64,000 nucleotides of DNA from positions 32,001 to 96,000 of the forward strand of contig CAWFJP010000015.1 in assembly GCA_963816145.1 (NCBI GenBank), given 5' to 3'. The stretch comes from an uncultured delta proteobacterium. Lineage in GTDB: Bacteria > Desulfobacterota > Binatia > UBA9968. Position numbers and translations under genes: made by a program. The notes beneath the pieces are model-generated. The model saw only the letters and a program-made list of their open reading frames with translations, did no database searches and had not been told where the DNA came from. Positions 18,853-28,025 of the stretch are shown here, one piece after another. Position 1 is the stretch's first letter. Each line of letters begins with the position of its first letter.

Positions 18853-20589
18853 CTATCCTTCGCCGCGCTCCACCGTCTGCTCGACGGTTCTGAGCCGGAC
18901 ATCGATCAACGCGGGTTGGCCCGCGGCTACCGCCCGCAGGCCGCGTTCGACCGCTTTGCGCACATCGCCGGGCTCCTCGACTTTTTCGCCGTACCCGTCC
19001 CAGGCCTTCATCATCTGCGAGTATTCCGGACAGGGCGTGATGTGCAAACCGGAAAAGTTTCCCGATTTCACCGCCCATCCTCCTGGGTAATATTTGGGGA
19101 TTCCTGATTTTTGCGATAGGTAGCCTTGGTTGTTGAACATGATGGTCAGGAACGGCAGGTTATGCTCCTGGGCCGCGCCGAAGGCCGCCGGCGCCGGATC
19201 GTAGTTGAACGAGCCGTCGCCGATCAAACAAATCACCGGACGTTTCGGATTGGCCGCTTTCACTCCCAGCGCGGTCGCCAGTCCGGTGCCGAGGCCGCCG
19301 ATGCAACCGTTGAAAAATGATCCGGGTGTCAGATTATCCAGGTAACGGTGCACCGCCAACCGGTGCGTGATGGTCTCTTCGACCACCATGGCATCCTTGG
19401 GCAGCACTTGGCTGATCTCATGAGCGACCCAGCGGGTGTCCATCGGCTTTTGACTGCCGAGGGCGATCGCTTCGTCGCGCCATTTTTTGCGGCGCACGTC
19501 GTTTTTGGCTTTGAGATCTTCGGCCCGGCGCGTCCGCGCCGGATCGCCCTTGGAAACTTTCTTCTTCAAAGCCGCGAGCAAATGCTCCAGCGACGACTCG
19601 ATCTCGCCGGTGAGGCAAAGGTCGCACTGATAGCCGTAATATGGGATCTCGGCGCGCAACGGATTTTCATCGAGCATGGCGACCTTGGCGCCCTTGGCCG
19701 GCGTAATTGACGCCGGATGCCACGGCGCAATCACCGAGGCCAAAAAGATTACATCGGCGCCCTGAGCTATTTCTTTAACGTCATAGCCGCTGTGCAAGGC
19801 ATGGGTGCGCGGAATATTGATCACGCCAGTGCTGCGCGTCTCCACCACCGGGCAGCCGAGCAGTTCGGCGATCTCGACCAGCAGATTGACGCTCTTCATC
19901 GTCTTGCCGGCGTCTTCGGCGACAATCACCGGATTCTGCGCGCCGGCGAGCAGATTGGCGAGCTCTTCAATGCCTTGGGGATCGGCGGTGGCCAAGGGCG
20001 AGCTGCCGAGATCGGACGGGACATCCTTGGTCATGGTGTCGAACATATATTCCATCGGCATCGACACGAACACCGGCCCGCGCGGTCCGGCCATAGCTAA
20101 GCGGCAGGCGCGCTGCACGGTGGACGGCACGATCGCTTTGGTATTGACGCCGAAACTCCATTTGACCGTGTGATCGACCAGCTTGGCTGGCCCGCCCATG
20201 TCACCTAGATGCCCCTGCCATTGACCGCCGACATCCGGTCCCTCATCTTCGCCGAAACCGATCGACTCGCCGGCGAACACGACCATCGGCACCTGCTCGT
20301 GCAACGCTGCGCGCATCGCCATGGTTGCATGGAGCGCGCCGACCGTAGTGTGAATCACCACCGCCGGCAGTTTGCCGGTCGATTTGGCGTAACCGCTGGC
20401 CATGCCGACGGCGATCTCCTCATGGCGCGTGCTGTAGTATTGCGGCATCCCTTCCACGCCCGGCTCCGCCAGCGCTTCCCACAGCGGCGACCATTCCGAG
20501 CCTGGCGACGCGAAAATTTTCTCGACGCCCATCTTTCCCAGGACGCGCAGCATCGACTGCGCACCGGTCAATCCTTTGGTTTGAATCAT
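18853..20589 (-). CDS. Thiamine pyrophosphate-dependent enzyme (acetolactate synthase/benzoylformate decarboxylase-like)
   Basis: RHEEIAVGMASGY, GPVFVS.P, GDGSF...FNNQGY. Confidence 0.92.
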   Translation of the reverse strand: MIQTKGLTGAQSMLRVLGKMGVEKIFASPGSEWSPLWEALAEPGVEGMPQYYSTRHEEIAVGMASGYAKSTGKLPAVVIHTTVGALHATMAMRAALHEQVPMVVFAGESIGFGEDEGPDVGGQWQGHLGDMGGPAKLVDHTVKWSFGVNTKAIVPSTVQRACRLAMAGPRGPVFVSMPMEYMFDTMTKDVPSDLGSSPLATADPQGIEELANLLAGAQNPVIVAEDAGKTMKSVNLLVEIAELLGCPVVETRSTGVINIPRTHALHSGYDVKEIAQGADVIFLASVIAPWHPASITPAKGAKVAMLDENPLRAEIPYYGYQCDLCLTGEIESSLEHLLAALKKKVSKGDPARTRRAEDLKAKNDVRRKKWRDEAIALGSQKPMDTRWVAHEISQVLPKDAMVVEETITHRLAVHRYLDNLTPGSFFNGCIGGLGTGLATALGVKAANPKRPVICLIGDGSFNYDPAPAAFGAAQEHNLPFLTIMFNNQGYLSQKSGIPKYYPGGWAVKSGNFSGLHITPCPEYSQMMKAWDGYGEKVEEPGDVRKAVERGLRAVAAGQPALIDVRLRTVEQTVERGEG

Positions 20590-20656
20590 GTTCGACTCCT
20601 CTCAAAATTTACGGTTGTTGCTAAGCGGGCACTATGCGAATCGTGCCTTTTTCTAT

Positions 20657-20740
20657 GTCACCCTCGGGCGCTGAAAGCAACGAGGAATCCGACTCGCCGC
20701 GCCGCGGCCAACCGCGATTCCTCGTTTGCTGGAGAATGAC
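20657..20740. repeat. GTCA...TGAC palindromic REP-like element
   Basis: gtcaccctc...agcaacgaggaatc ... gattcctcgtttgctggagaatgac. Confidence 0.65.
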
Positions 20741-20747
20741 CGTTCGA

Positions 20748-21764
20748 TTAAATGTTGTAAAAACGCTTGGCGTTATTGAGCAACAGATCTTTTTTCACGT
20801 CGAGCGAAATGTCGTCACGATTCCACAGGATCGTCGCCGACTCCGGCCAGCTCATGTCCCAGTGCGGATAATCGGAAGCGTACATGAGCGTCTTCGAGCC
20901 GATCTCCTTGGTCACATAGCCGATCATTTTCTCTTCCGGTTCGCAGCCGTAGTAGCTGTTCTCACTGTACAAATACTCACTGGGTTTTTTCTTGCACAGT
21001 GGCGCCTCGACTTTGCCGCGCTTTTCCCACTCCTCATCCATACGCTCGGCCCAGTACGGCAGCCAGCCGCAACCGACCTCGAGATAACCGATGCGCAGCT
21101 TGGGAAACATCTCCGGAATCCCGCCGAATACCATCGCCGTCAACTGGCGGAGGATTGGGAATGGATGCCCGCAAGTATGCAAGCTGATAAACTGGTCGAA
21201 CACCTCGCTGCCCGGCTCGTCGCCGCCGAACGCATGGATCGAGATCGGCGTGTTGAGCCGCTGCGCCTCCTCGTAAAGCGGATAATATTCCGGACTGCCG
21301 AGATTCTTACGGTGCGCCTGGGCAACCAACATCCCGCCGCACAGCCCCAGCTTGGTGACCGCGCGAGTCAACTCCCGGGTGCATTCGGCGGGATCGTTCA
21401 CCGGCAGATTCGCCACGGCTTTGAGACGCGGCGAAGCCTTGCAGTAGTCGGAGATAAAATCATTATAGGCGCGGCAGAGCGCCACTTGGAACTTGCTGTC
21501 CCGCACCCGGCCAACGCCGAGACCGCTGGTCGGAAACATCACCGCGGTGTCGATCTGCTGCAAATCCATGGCGGCCAAACGGTCTTCGACTTTGGCGCCG
21601 GACTGCCCCAGAGTGCCGCCCAGATTGCGGTCGTAATGCTCGCTCGGAATAAACGACGCTTTCTGGCTGCGGTAGGGTTCAGGCAAATAGTTCCTGATGT
21701 CGTTATCGAAATCGCGCGCGTGGGCGTCCGAATCTAACACTTTAACTGCTTCGCGTAACTCCAT
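20748..21764 (-). CDS. Amidohydrolase_2 family (ACMSD/LigW/LigJ-like)
   Basis: DSDAH, SIHA, GGIPEMFPKLRIGYLEVGCGW, YASDYPHWD. Confidence 0.92.
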   Translation of the reverse strand: MELREAVKVLDSDAHARDFDNDIRNYLPEPYRSQKASFIPSEHYDRNLGGTLGQSGAKVEDRLAAMDLQQIDTAVMFPTSGLGVGRVRDSKFQVALCRAYNDFISDYCKASPRLKAVANLPVNDPAECTRELTRAVTKLGLCGGMLVAQAHRKNLGSPEYYPLYEEAQRLNTPISIHAFGGDEPGSEVFDQFISLHTCGHPFPILRQLTAMVFGGIPEMFPKLRIGYLEVGCGWLPYWAERMDEEWEKRGKVEAPLCKKKPSEYLYSENSYYGCEPEEKMIGYVTKEIGSKTLMYASDYPHWDMSWPESATILWNRDDISLDVKKDLLLNNAKRFYNI

Positions 21765-21955
21765 AGTTCCTCCTCAAATGTCGCTCCAAGGGCGGCGCGC
21801 AAATGGCCTTCCCGCACAAATTTCCGTTCCCCTTCGACAGCTGAGCATGCAGGTGGGGGGCCTTCATTCTCTTGCCCCCATCTGCGCTTCCCAATCGAGC
21901 GGGAAAAACCCACAGATCAGGAGTTAGATAGCACAACCCAAAACCTAAACGCTAA

Positions 21956-23092
21956 CTACGCCGCCACCGGCAGGGACGCCGGCACCTTCAGGTTGTAGAG
22001 CTTTTCGCAATTGGTAAACAGCAATTTGCGCCGAACCTCCGGCTTCACATCGACCATGTCGCGATCGATGACCTGCCGGGAATTGGGCCAGGTCGAGTTC
22101 TGGTGCGGGTAGTCATTGGACCACATGCAGTTGTCAGACCCCCACCAGGAAAACATCTTGCCACCGACATGATCATTGAAGAACGTCGAAAAGACCTGGC
22201 CGTAAAAATATTCGCTCGGCAGCTTGTCGATGGGCAACTTCTGAGCATGGCGATGACGCTTGAAACCCTTGTCGCACTGGCCGATCCAAAACGGCATCCA
22301 GCCCACTTCGTTTTCCACCGAGACGATTTTGAGCTTGGGATAACGGTCGAGCACGCCGGTAAAAATAATATCGAACAGCGCCGATTCGATTTCGCGGGTT
22401 TGCTCGACGCCGATGCGGCAACGGTGGATGCCCTGAGCGGTCTGTCGATTCATGCTATCGCCGAAGCCGGTGAGGATATGCAGGTGCACTGGCATCTCGT
22501 TGGCCGCCGATGCGGCCCAGAAACGCTCGTAATGATCCGACGTGAACGGCAGCCTGGCGTCGGGCACCTGCCAGATCATCGTGCCGACCATGCCGGCTTT
22601 TTTGCAGCGCTCCATCTCGGCGATGGCATGATCGATGTTATACATCGAAATGAGTCCGATACCGTAGAGGCGATCGGGCACTTTACTGCAGTAGTCGATC
22701 ATCCAGTCGTTGAAAGTCCTAAACAGCGCCTCCTGAAAGGCAGCATCCTCGATACAGTAGAGTCCCAAGCCCAAGCTTGGATATAGCACTTCGGCGCACA
22801 CTCCGTCGGTGGCCATGTCCGCCTTGCGCGCGATCGGATCCCAACCGCCCGGTCTCGCGAGTTTGAAGCCCTCTTTGCGAAAGCGTTCGCGGTCTTCGGC
22901 TTTGTTGCCAGCCATGAACAACGCGCCAACGGCTTGCTCTTGCACTCCAGGCGCGCCAAACATCCAAGCGTCGCGCTTTTCGTCGAAGTAAATTTTCGGC
23001 GCGCGCTCTTGCAAAGACGCCGGCATGCCCTTTTCCCAGAGATCCGGCGGCTCGATAACATGAGAGTCCGACGAAATAATTAGTTCTTCCAT
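21956..23092 (-). CDS. Amidohydrolase_2 family protein
   Basis: ISSDSHVIEP, PVHLHI, GVLDRYPKLKIVSVENEVGW, WSNDYPH. Confidence 0.92.
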   Translation of the reverse strand: MEELIISSDSHVIEPPDLWEKGMPASLQERAPKIYFDEKRDAWMFGAPGVQEQAVGALFMAGNKAEDRERFRKEGFKLARPGGWDPIARKADMATDGVCAEVLYPSLGLGLYCIEDAAFQEALFRTFNDWMIDYCSKVPDRLYGIGLISMYNIDHAIAEMERCKKAGMVGTMIWQVPDARLPFTSDHYERFWAASAANEMPVHLHILTGFGDSMNRQTAQGIHRCRIGVEQTREIESALFDIIFTGVLDRYPKLKIVSVENEVGWMPFWIGQCDKGFKRHRHAQKLPIDKLPSEYFYGQVFSTFFNDHVGGKMFSWWGSDNCMWSNDYPHQNSTWPNSRQVIDRDMVDVKPEVRRKLLFTNCEKLYNLKVPASLPVAA

Positions 23093-23139
23093 GGCTCCTC
23101 CTTAAGCATCCTTAATCAAACATTATATCGATGAAACTA

Positions 23140-24144
23140 CTATCTTTTACCCCAGATTTGATCCCAAAAGCCACTCTTTTCCATGTCATTTAGAAACCGC
23201 GTATCGGTTAGTTCCTGCGGTTTGACCTTCTTGGCCCGCTCGTCGGTCTGCGCCACTTCATCGAGGATCGCTTGAAACGCCTCGGCTTTCAGCGCCAGCC
23301 GCGGCTCCATTACCTTGATCTCGGCGTTGTAGGCCGCTTCAATAATTGCCCGGTCGTTGATGCGCAACTGTTTGCCCAGAACTTTATAGACGAATTCGCG
23401 GTCGGTATGCATGACCTTCGATGCCTCGCCCATGGCGCGCATGTACTGCGCCATCACCTGAGGTCTCCGGGCAATGGTCGAACGCTTGGTGACAAATGAC
23501 GTGGCGGCATAGGGGATCTTAAGATCGGGCCCATAAATGACGTAGTGATAACCCCGGGTCAGGGCTTGCACGTCGGTCGGCGGGGTTAGGCAAGCCACCT
23601 CGACGCCGCCCGCTAGCAAAGCTGTGAGCGATTCCGGATCGCCGCCGGATTGCAGGAAAGTGTAATCGCGATTGGGCTCCATGTTATGACGGCGCAACGC
23701 TTGAATCGTAAAGTAATGCGAGTTGCTGCCGATGCGGCTCACTGCGATCCGTTTGCCCTTCAAGTCTTCGGGCCGTTTCAAATTGCCGCCGGCGATGATG
23801 TTCTGCGTCATCAAATTCTTGGCGCTGCCGACGTAAGCGATTTCCGTTGAGCCGCGCACGAAGGCGATGACGTTGCCGACGCCGCCGGTCATGGTCATGT
23901 CGGGGTCGCCGCCGAGCAGCGCGGCGGTGACGATGCTCGATGAGGCGATGAAAACCAGACTATGATCGAGATTGTATTTCTTGAAGAACCCGGCCTCCTC
24001 GGCGATCCAAGGCAAGGCCTGAGCCATCACCCTTGCCGAATAAATAGTGGTAAACTTCTCCGCCGCGCGGGAATTAGCCGGCGCCAGCATGGTCAAGCCA
24101 AACGCAACCAATAACAGCGGGCGTCGAATCATTTTTTGCTCCAA
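23140..24144 (-). CDS. ABC substrate-binding protein, NMT1/SsuA/THI5 family
   Basis: Signal peptide; WIAEEAGFFKKYNLD, DLKGKRIAVSRIGS; close paralog of 24129-25127. Confidence 0.9.
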   Translation of the reverse strand: MEQKMIRRPLLLVAFGLTMLAPANSRAAEKFTTIYSARVMAQALPWIAEEAGFFKKYNLDHSLVFIASSSIVTAALLGGDPDMTMTGGVGNVIAFVRGSTEIAYVGSAKNLMTQNIIAGGNLKRPEDLKGKRIAVSRIGSNSHYFTIQALRRHNMEPNRDYTFLQSGGDPESLTALLAGGVEVACLTPPTDVQALTRGYHYVIYGPDLKIPYAATSFVTKRSTIARRPQVMAQYMRAMGEASKVMHTDREFVYKVLGKQLRINDRAIIEAAYNAEIKVMEPRLALKAEAFQAILDEVAQTDERAKKVKPQELTDTRFLNDMEKSGFWDQIWGKR

Positions 24145-25127
24145 AGTTGATCCATAAAACCGCTCTTCTGCATCTCATCCAAGTACCGCGTGTCGACCAT
24201 TTCTTGCGGTTTGACATTCTTTGCCCGGGCATCGGTGGCCGTGAGTTCGTCCAAAATCGCCTGCAGAGAATCCAACTTCAAGGCGAGTCTTGGCTCCAAC
24301 GCTTTGATTTCCGCGTTGTAGGCAGAATCCAGGACGCTACGATCCGTTAAACGCAGATACTTACCCAAGACTTTGTAGAAAAACTCGCGATCGGTATGGA
24401 CGATTTTCGACGCCTCCGCCATGGCGCGCATGAAATTGGCGACCATGGCCGGCCGTTTGGCGATCACCGAACGCTTGGTGACAAACGCAGTCGCGGTGTA
24501 AGGTATTTTCAAATCGGGACCGTAGACCACGTAGTGATAACCCTTTGCGATGGCTTGGGCGTCGGTCGGCGGCGTCAAGTTGGCCACTTCGAGGGAGCCG
24601 CTCAACAGGGCGGCGAGCGCTTCAGGGTCGCCGCCGGTCTGCAGAAAACTGTAGTCGCGATTGGGTTCCATGTTATACCGGCGCAGCGCTTGTACGGTAA
24701 AATAATGTGAATTTCCGCCGATACGGCTGACGCCGATCCGTTTACCTTTGAGGTCCTCCGGTTTTTTGATGTTGCCGCCGGCAACCAACGTCTGGGTCAT
24801 GACATTTTTCACCCCGCCGATGAAAACCACATCGGTGGAACCTTTCACATATGCCGCGACATTGCCAATTCCGCCGGTGACCGTCATCTCGGTATCGCCG
24901 CCGAGCAGCGCTGCGGTGACGATGCTTGATGAGGAAATAAATACCAGATTGAAATCCAAATTATATTTCTTGAACAGCCCTGCTTCCTGAGCCACCCAAG
25001 GAAACGATTGCGACATCACCCGCGCCGAATGTACGCCGACAAGCTTGTCCGGCGCGGCGGCAGCGAAGCTTTGCTCTGTAGACAGCAAAATCAGCAAAAA
25101 CACTGCGAGTTTCTTAACGTTGTCCAT
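24129..25127 (-). CDS. ABC substrate-binding protein, NMT1/SsuA/THI5 family
   Basis: Signal peptide; WVAQEAGLFKKYNLD, DLKGKRIGVSRIGG; AAGGAG RBS inside the upstream gene end. Confidence 0.9.
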   Translation of the reverse strand: MDNVKKLAVFLLILLSTEQSFAAAAPDKLVGVHSARVMSQSFPWVAQEAGLFKKYNLDFNLVFISSSSIVTAALLGGDTEMTVTGGIGNVAAYVKGSTDVVFIGGVKNVMTQTLVAGGNIKKPEDLKGKRIGVSRIGGNSHYFTVQALRRYNMEPNRDYSFLQTGGDPEALAALLSGSLEVANLTPPTDAQAIAKGYHYVVYGPDLKIPYTATAFVTKRSVIAKRPAMVANFMRAMAEASKIVHTDREFFYKVLGKYLRLTDRSVLDSAYNAEIKALEPRLALKLDSLQAILDELTATDARAKNVKPQEMVDTRYLDEMQKSGFMDQLWSKK

Positions 25128-25894
25128 AAAGCTCCTTTATAAAACCGCTATCTTCTAACTCTTTAATGAACCGGTTGTCAAAGAACTCTTTGGGGTCCGC
25201 CGTTGCCGCTTTGGGATGGTCGGCTACGCTCAGAACCGCCCGAATATTTTCTATAGAGAAATTTTACATCCTGACCGGGGGCCAAATGATTGTGCCGCAG
25301 TACCGCAATCATGCCATGGTCCGCGGACGCGCCCTTGGTCATGACGCCGACTACTTTGCCCTTGAGACTCGAAATGTCTCTTACGTCGGCGCGGGCGTAG
25401 ACGGAAAAACCATAGGTCGGTACGATCAAAGCGATGTAGACCAGATCGGCACCGCTCAACACCGCGTTCACCACCGCCCCGCCGGTGGTTGCCATGTCGA
25501 TATCCCCAGCGACCAGCGTCTGGGTCAGCCGGGCATCGCCGGATATGTAAATGTTCTGGAGATCGAAACCGTATTTACGATCGAGCTTGGCCTCCGACAT
25601 CACCCAAAGCGGCAACTGCGCCCCGCTCGGCTGCGGATAGCCGACGCGAATCGTAATCGGCGCCGTAGCGGCAAAACACTCCTGTGGCGATGAAGGCATG
25701 ATAAGAGCCGATACCAAGATGACCAAAATAACTAAGGAAACCGAATCGGGATCGAATGAAAAAGAGTTTTCACCACGAAGGTCACGAAGAACACGAAGGA
25801 TTCGGATAATAATTTTTTCGAACTTCGTACCCTTCGTGTACTTCGTGGTAAGAAAGTTTCTTTCCACTCGGCAAAATCCCTTACCGCCGCCCAT
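25114..25894 (-). pseudogene. NMT1/SsuA binding-protein pseudogene with about 120-codon internal deletion and frameshift
   Basis: Matches paralog 25881-27023 up to GQDVKFLY (~25253), then in another frame ENIRAVLSVADHPKAATADPKEFFDNRFIKELEDSGFIKELYGQR* (stop 25114), the paralog C-terminus. Confidence 0.88.
25769..25852. repeat. CACGAAG hairpin element, copy 4 (in frame in gene 5' end)
   Basis: caccacgaaggtcacgaagaacacgaaggattcgga...ttcgaacttcgtacccttcgtgtacttcgtggtaag. Confidence 0.88.
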
Positions 25895-27023
25895 AGAGCT
25901 CATTGATAAAGCCACTATCTTCGACCTCCTTCAACAAACGGTTGTCGAAAAAATCTTTCGGATCAGCGCCCGCCGCCTTCGGGTGATCCGCGACGGCGAG
26001 GATCGATCGCACTTGTTCCTCAGTGGTGTAAGGGACCTTCGGATAGATGCCGCGATAGGCCTGGTAGGCTTCTTCCAGGATGGCGCCGTCGCTGGTCGCG
26101 AGATACTTGGCCAATGCCCGCTTGCTGATATCGCCATCTTCATTGACGACTTTGATCGCCGCAACGTAGCCGCGCAGGAACGCCTTCATGCGATCGGGTT
26201 GTTGGCGTAAAAAAGCTCGATGGGCGACGATGCCCAATTGAATGTAGGGAATTTTCAACTGCATAAAATTGACCAATTCTCTGTAGCCCATGCGCCGCGC
26301 CATCAACGTGGTCGGCGCGGAAATTGTCGTCGCCGACACGATGCCGCGGTCCAAGGCGGCCAAACCCTCCCGCACCCCGCCGAGGTACAACACTTTGACA
26401 TCCTGCCCCGAGCGCAGATTGTATTGACGCAAGAGTGCCGTCAGGCCATGGTCCGTCGACGCGCCTTTGGTCATCAACCCGACGACTTTGCCTCTGAGGG
26501 AAGGCACATCCTTGACATCGTTGCGCACGTAGAGAGAGAACCCATACGTCGGCACGCTCGCCGCAACATAGGTGAGATCGGCGCCGCTCAACACCGCGTT
26601 GATCACCGCCCCGCCGGTGGCCGCCAATTCGATGTCGCCGGAGACCAGCGTCTGCGTCAATCGCGCGCCGCCGGAGATGTAAATATTCTGCAGATCGACA
26701 CCGTATTTCCGGTCAAGTTTGCTTTCCGCCATGACCCAGATCGGCAACATCGCCCCGGAAGGCTGGGGATAGCCGATGCGAATATTGTTAGCCGACGCGG
26801 CGAAACTCTCCCGCGCCGATATATGCATGAGCAGCAGCGCCAAACTTACGAGCGTGCCCAGCACGACGCGCTTGCGAGGAAATGCAAAGCAGTATTCACC
26901 ACGAAGGACACGAAGAGCACGAAGTTCGGAATTATAATTATCCGAAACCTTCGTGTTCTTCGTGCTCTTCGTGGTGAGATCCAATGTCCCTACCACTCGA
27001 TAAAGCCGATTACCGCCGTCCAT
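25881..27023 (-). CDS. ABC substrate-binding protein, NMT1/SsuA family
   Basis: IRIGYPQPSGAMLPIWV, SLRGKVVGLMTKGASTD. Start placed at ATG 27023 (AGGAG-ctct-ATG overlapping the upstream gene end); start uncertain. Confidence 0.85.
   Translation of the reverse strand: MDGGNRLYRVVGTLDLTTKSTKNTKVSDNYNSELRALRVLRGEYCFAFPRKRVVLGTLVSLALLLMHISARESFAASANNIRIGYPQPSGAMLPIWVMAESKLDRKYGVDLQNIYISGGARLTQTLVSGDIELAATGGAVINAVLSGADLTYVAASVPTYGFSLYVRNDVKDVPSLRGKVVGLMTKGASTDHGLTALLRQYNLRSGQDVKVLYLGGVREGLAALDRGIVSATTISAPTTLMARRMGYRELVNFMQLKIPYIQLGIVAHRAFLRQQPDRMKAFLRGYVAAIKVVNEDGDISKRALAKYLATSDGAILEEAYQAYRGIYPKVPYTTEEQVRSILAVADHPKAAGADPKDFFDNRLLKEVEDSGFINELYGRR
26895..26978. repeat. CACGAAG hairpin element, copy 5 (in frame in gene 5' end)
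   Basis: ttcaccacgaaggacacgaagagcacgaagttcgga-attataatta-tccgaaaccttcgtgttcttcgtgctcttcgtggtgag. Confidence 0.92.
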
Positions 27024-28003
27024 AGAGCTCCTGGACAAAGCCGCTGTCTTCGATTTCTTTGAGAAACCTTGTCTCGAAAAAGTCTTTTGCATTGGCCCCA
27101 GCCGCTTTGGGATGTTCAGAGAGGACCAGGCTCGACTTGATCTGATCTTCGGTGACGTAGGGCACCCGTGGAAAGATACCCCGGAAAGTTTGATAGGCCT
27201 CATCCAGGATGGCGCTATCGGTGGTTACGAGATAGCGGCTGAGGGCGCGTTTACTGGTGCCGGCGTCTTCGTTGGCGATTTTGATGGCGGCGATGTAGGC
27301 GCGCAGATAGGCCTTGATCCGTTCCGGCTGCTGGCGCGCAAACGCCCGCCGCGTGGCGACGCCGCTGTGCATGTACGGCAACCCAAGGGTGGCGATATTC
27401 ACCAGTTCTTTTTGCCCCAGGCGGCGCGCTGCCAGCGTCGTCGGCGAGGACAACACCCCTGCCGCGGCGATGCCGTGCTCGATGGCCGCCAGCACTTCAC
27501 GCACACCGCCGAGATAGATGAACTTCACGTCTTTGCCCGGCTGCAGATTGTGTCGCTGCATGCAGAGCAATCACCGCATGCTCCGACGACGCGCCCTTGC
27601 TCATGATGCCGACGATTTTGCCTTGCAGGCTGGCGATGTCCTTCACTTCGGGCCGGGCGTAGAAGGAAAAACCGTAGGTCGGCACGCCAACCGCGATCGC
27701 CACCAAATCGCCGCCGCCCAGGACAGTATTGACGACGGCACCGCCGATGCTGGCGAGATCGATATCGCCGGCAACCATCGCTTGATTCATGCGCGCGGCG
27801 CCCGAGATGAAAATGTTCTGCACCGGCACGCCGTACTTTTGGTCGAGCTTGGCTTCGGTGACCAGCCAAAGCGGCAGCATCGCGCCGGACGGTTGTGGAT
27901 AACCGACGCGAATTGTCGCGGACGCAGCCAATAGTGCCGCCTCCGATCCAACCACGAGCATCAACACAAGCACGATGAATGTGACGCAAAGTTTTCGCTT
28001 CAT
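27010..28003 (-). pseudogene. NMT1/SsuA binding protein split by a 1-bp insertion near 27562 (pseudogene or sequence error)
   Basis: MKRKL...SEHAVIAL + extra C + MQRHNLQPGKDVKF. Removing one base restores collinearity with paralog DHGLTALLRQYNL. Confidence 0.85.
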
Positions 28004-28025
28004 CTTCGACAGGGAGCCGGATGGA

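Noticed and set aside
5131-26978. CACGAAG repeats as a CRISPR array
   Set aside because: Copies are dispersed hairpins with 2-nt spacers, not regularly spaced direct repeats with unique spacers; no cas genes.
25881-27203. ORF-track start at 27203 (440 aa)
   Set aside because: The first 60 codons overlap the upstream paralog's coding region; ATG 27023 has an RBS and parallels neighbouring genes.
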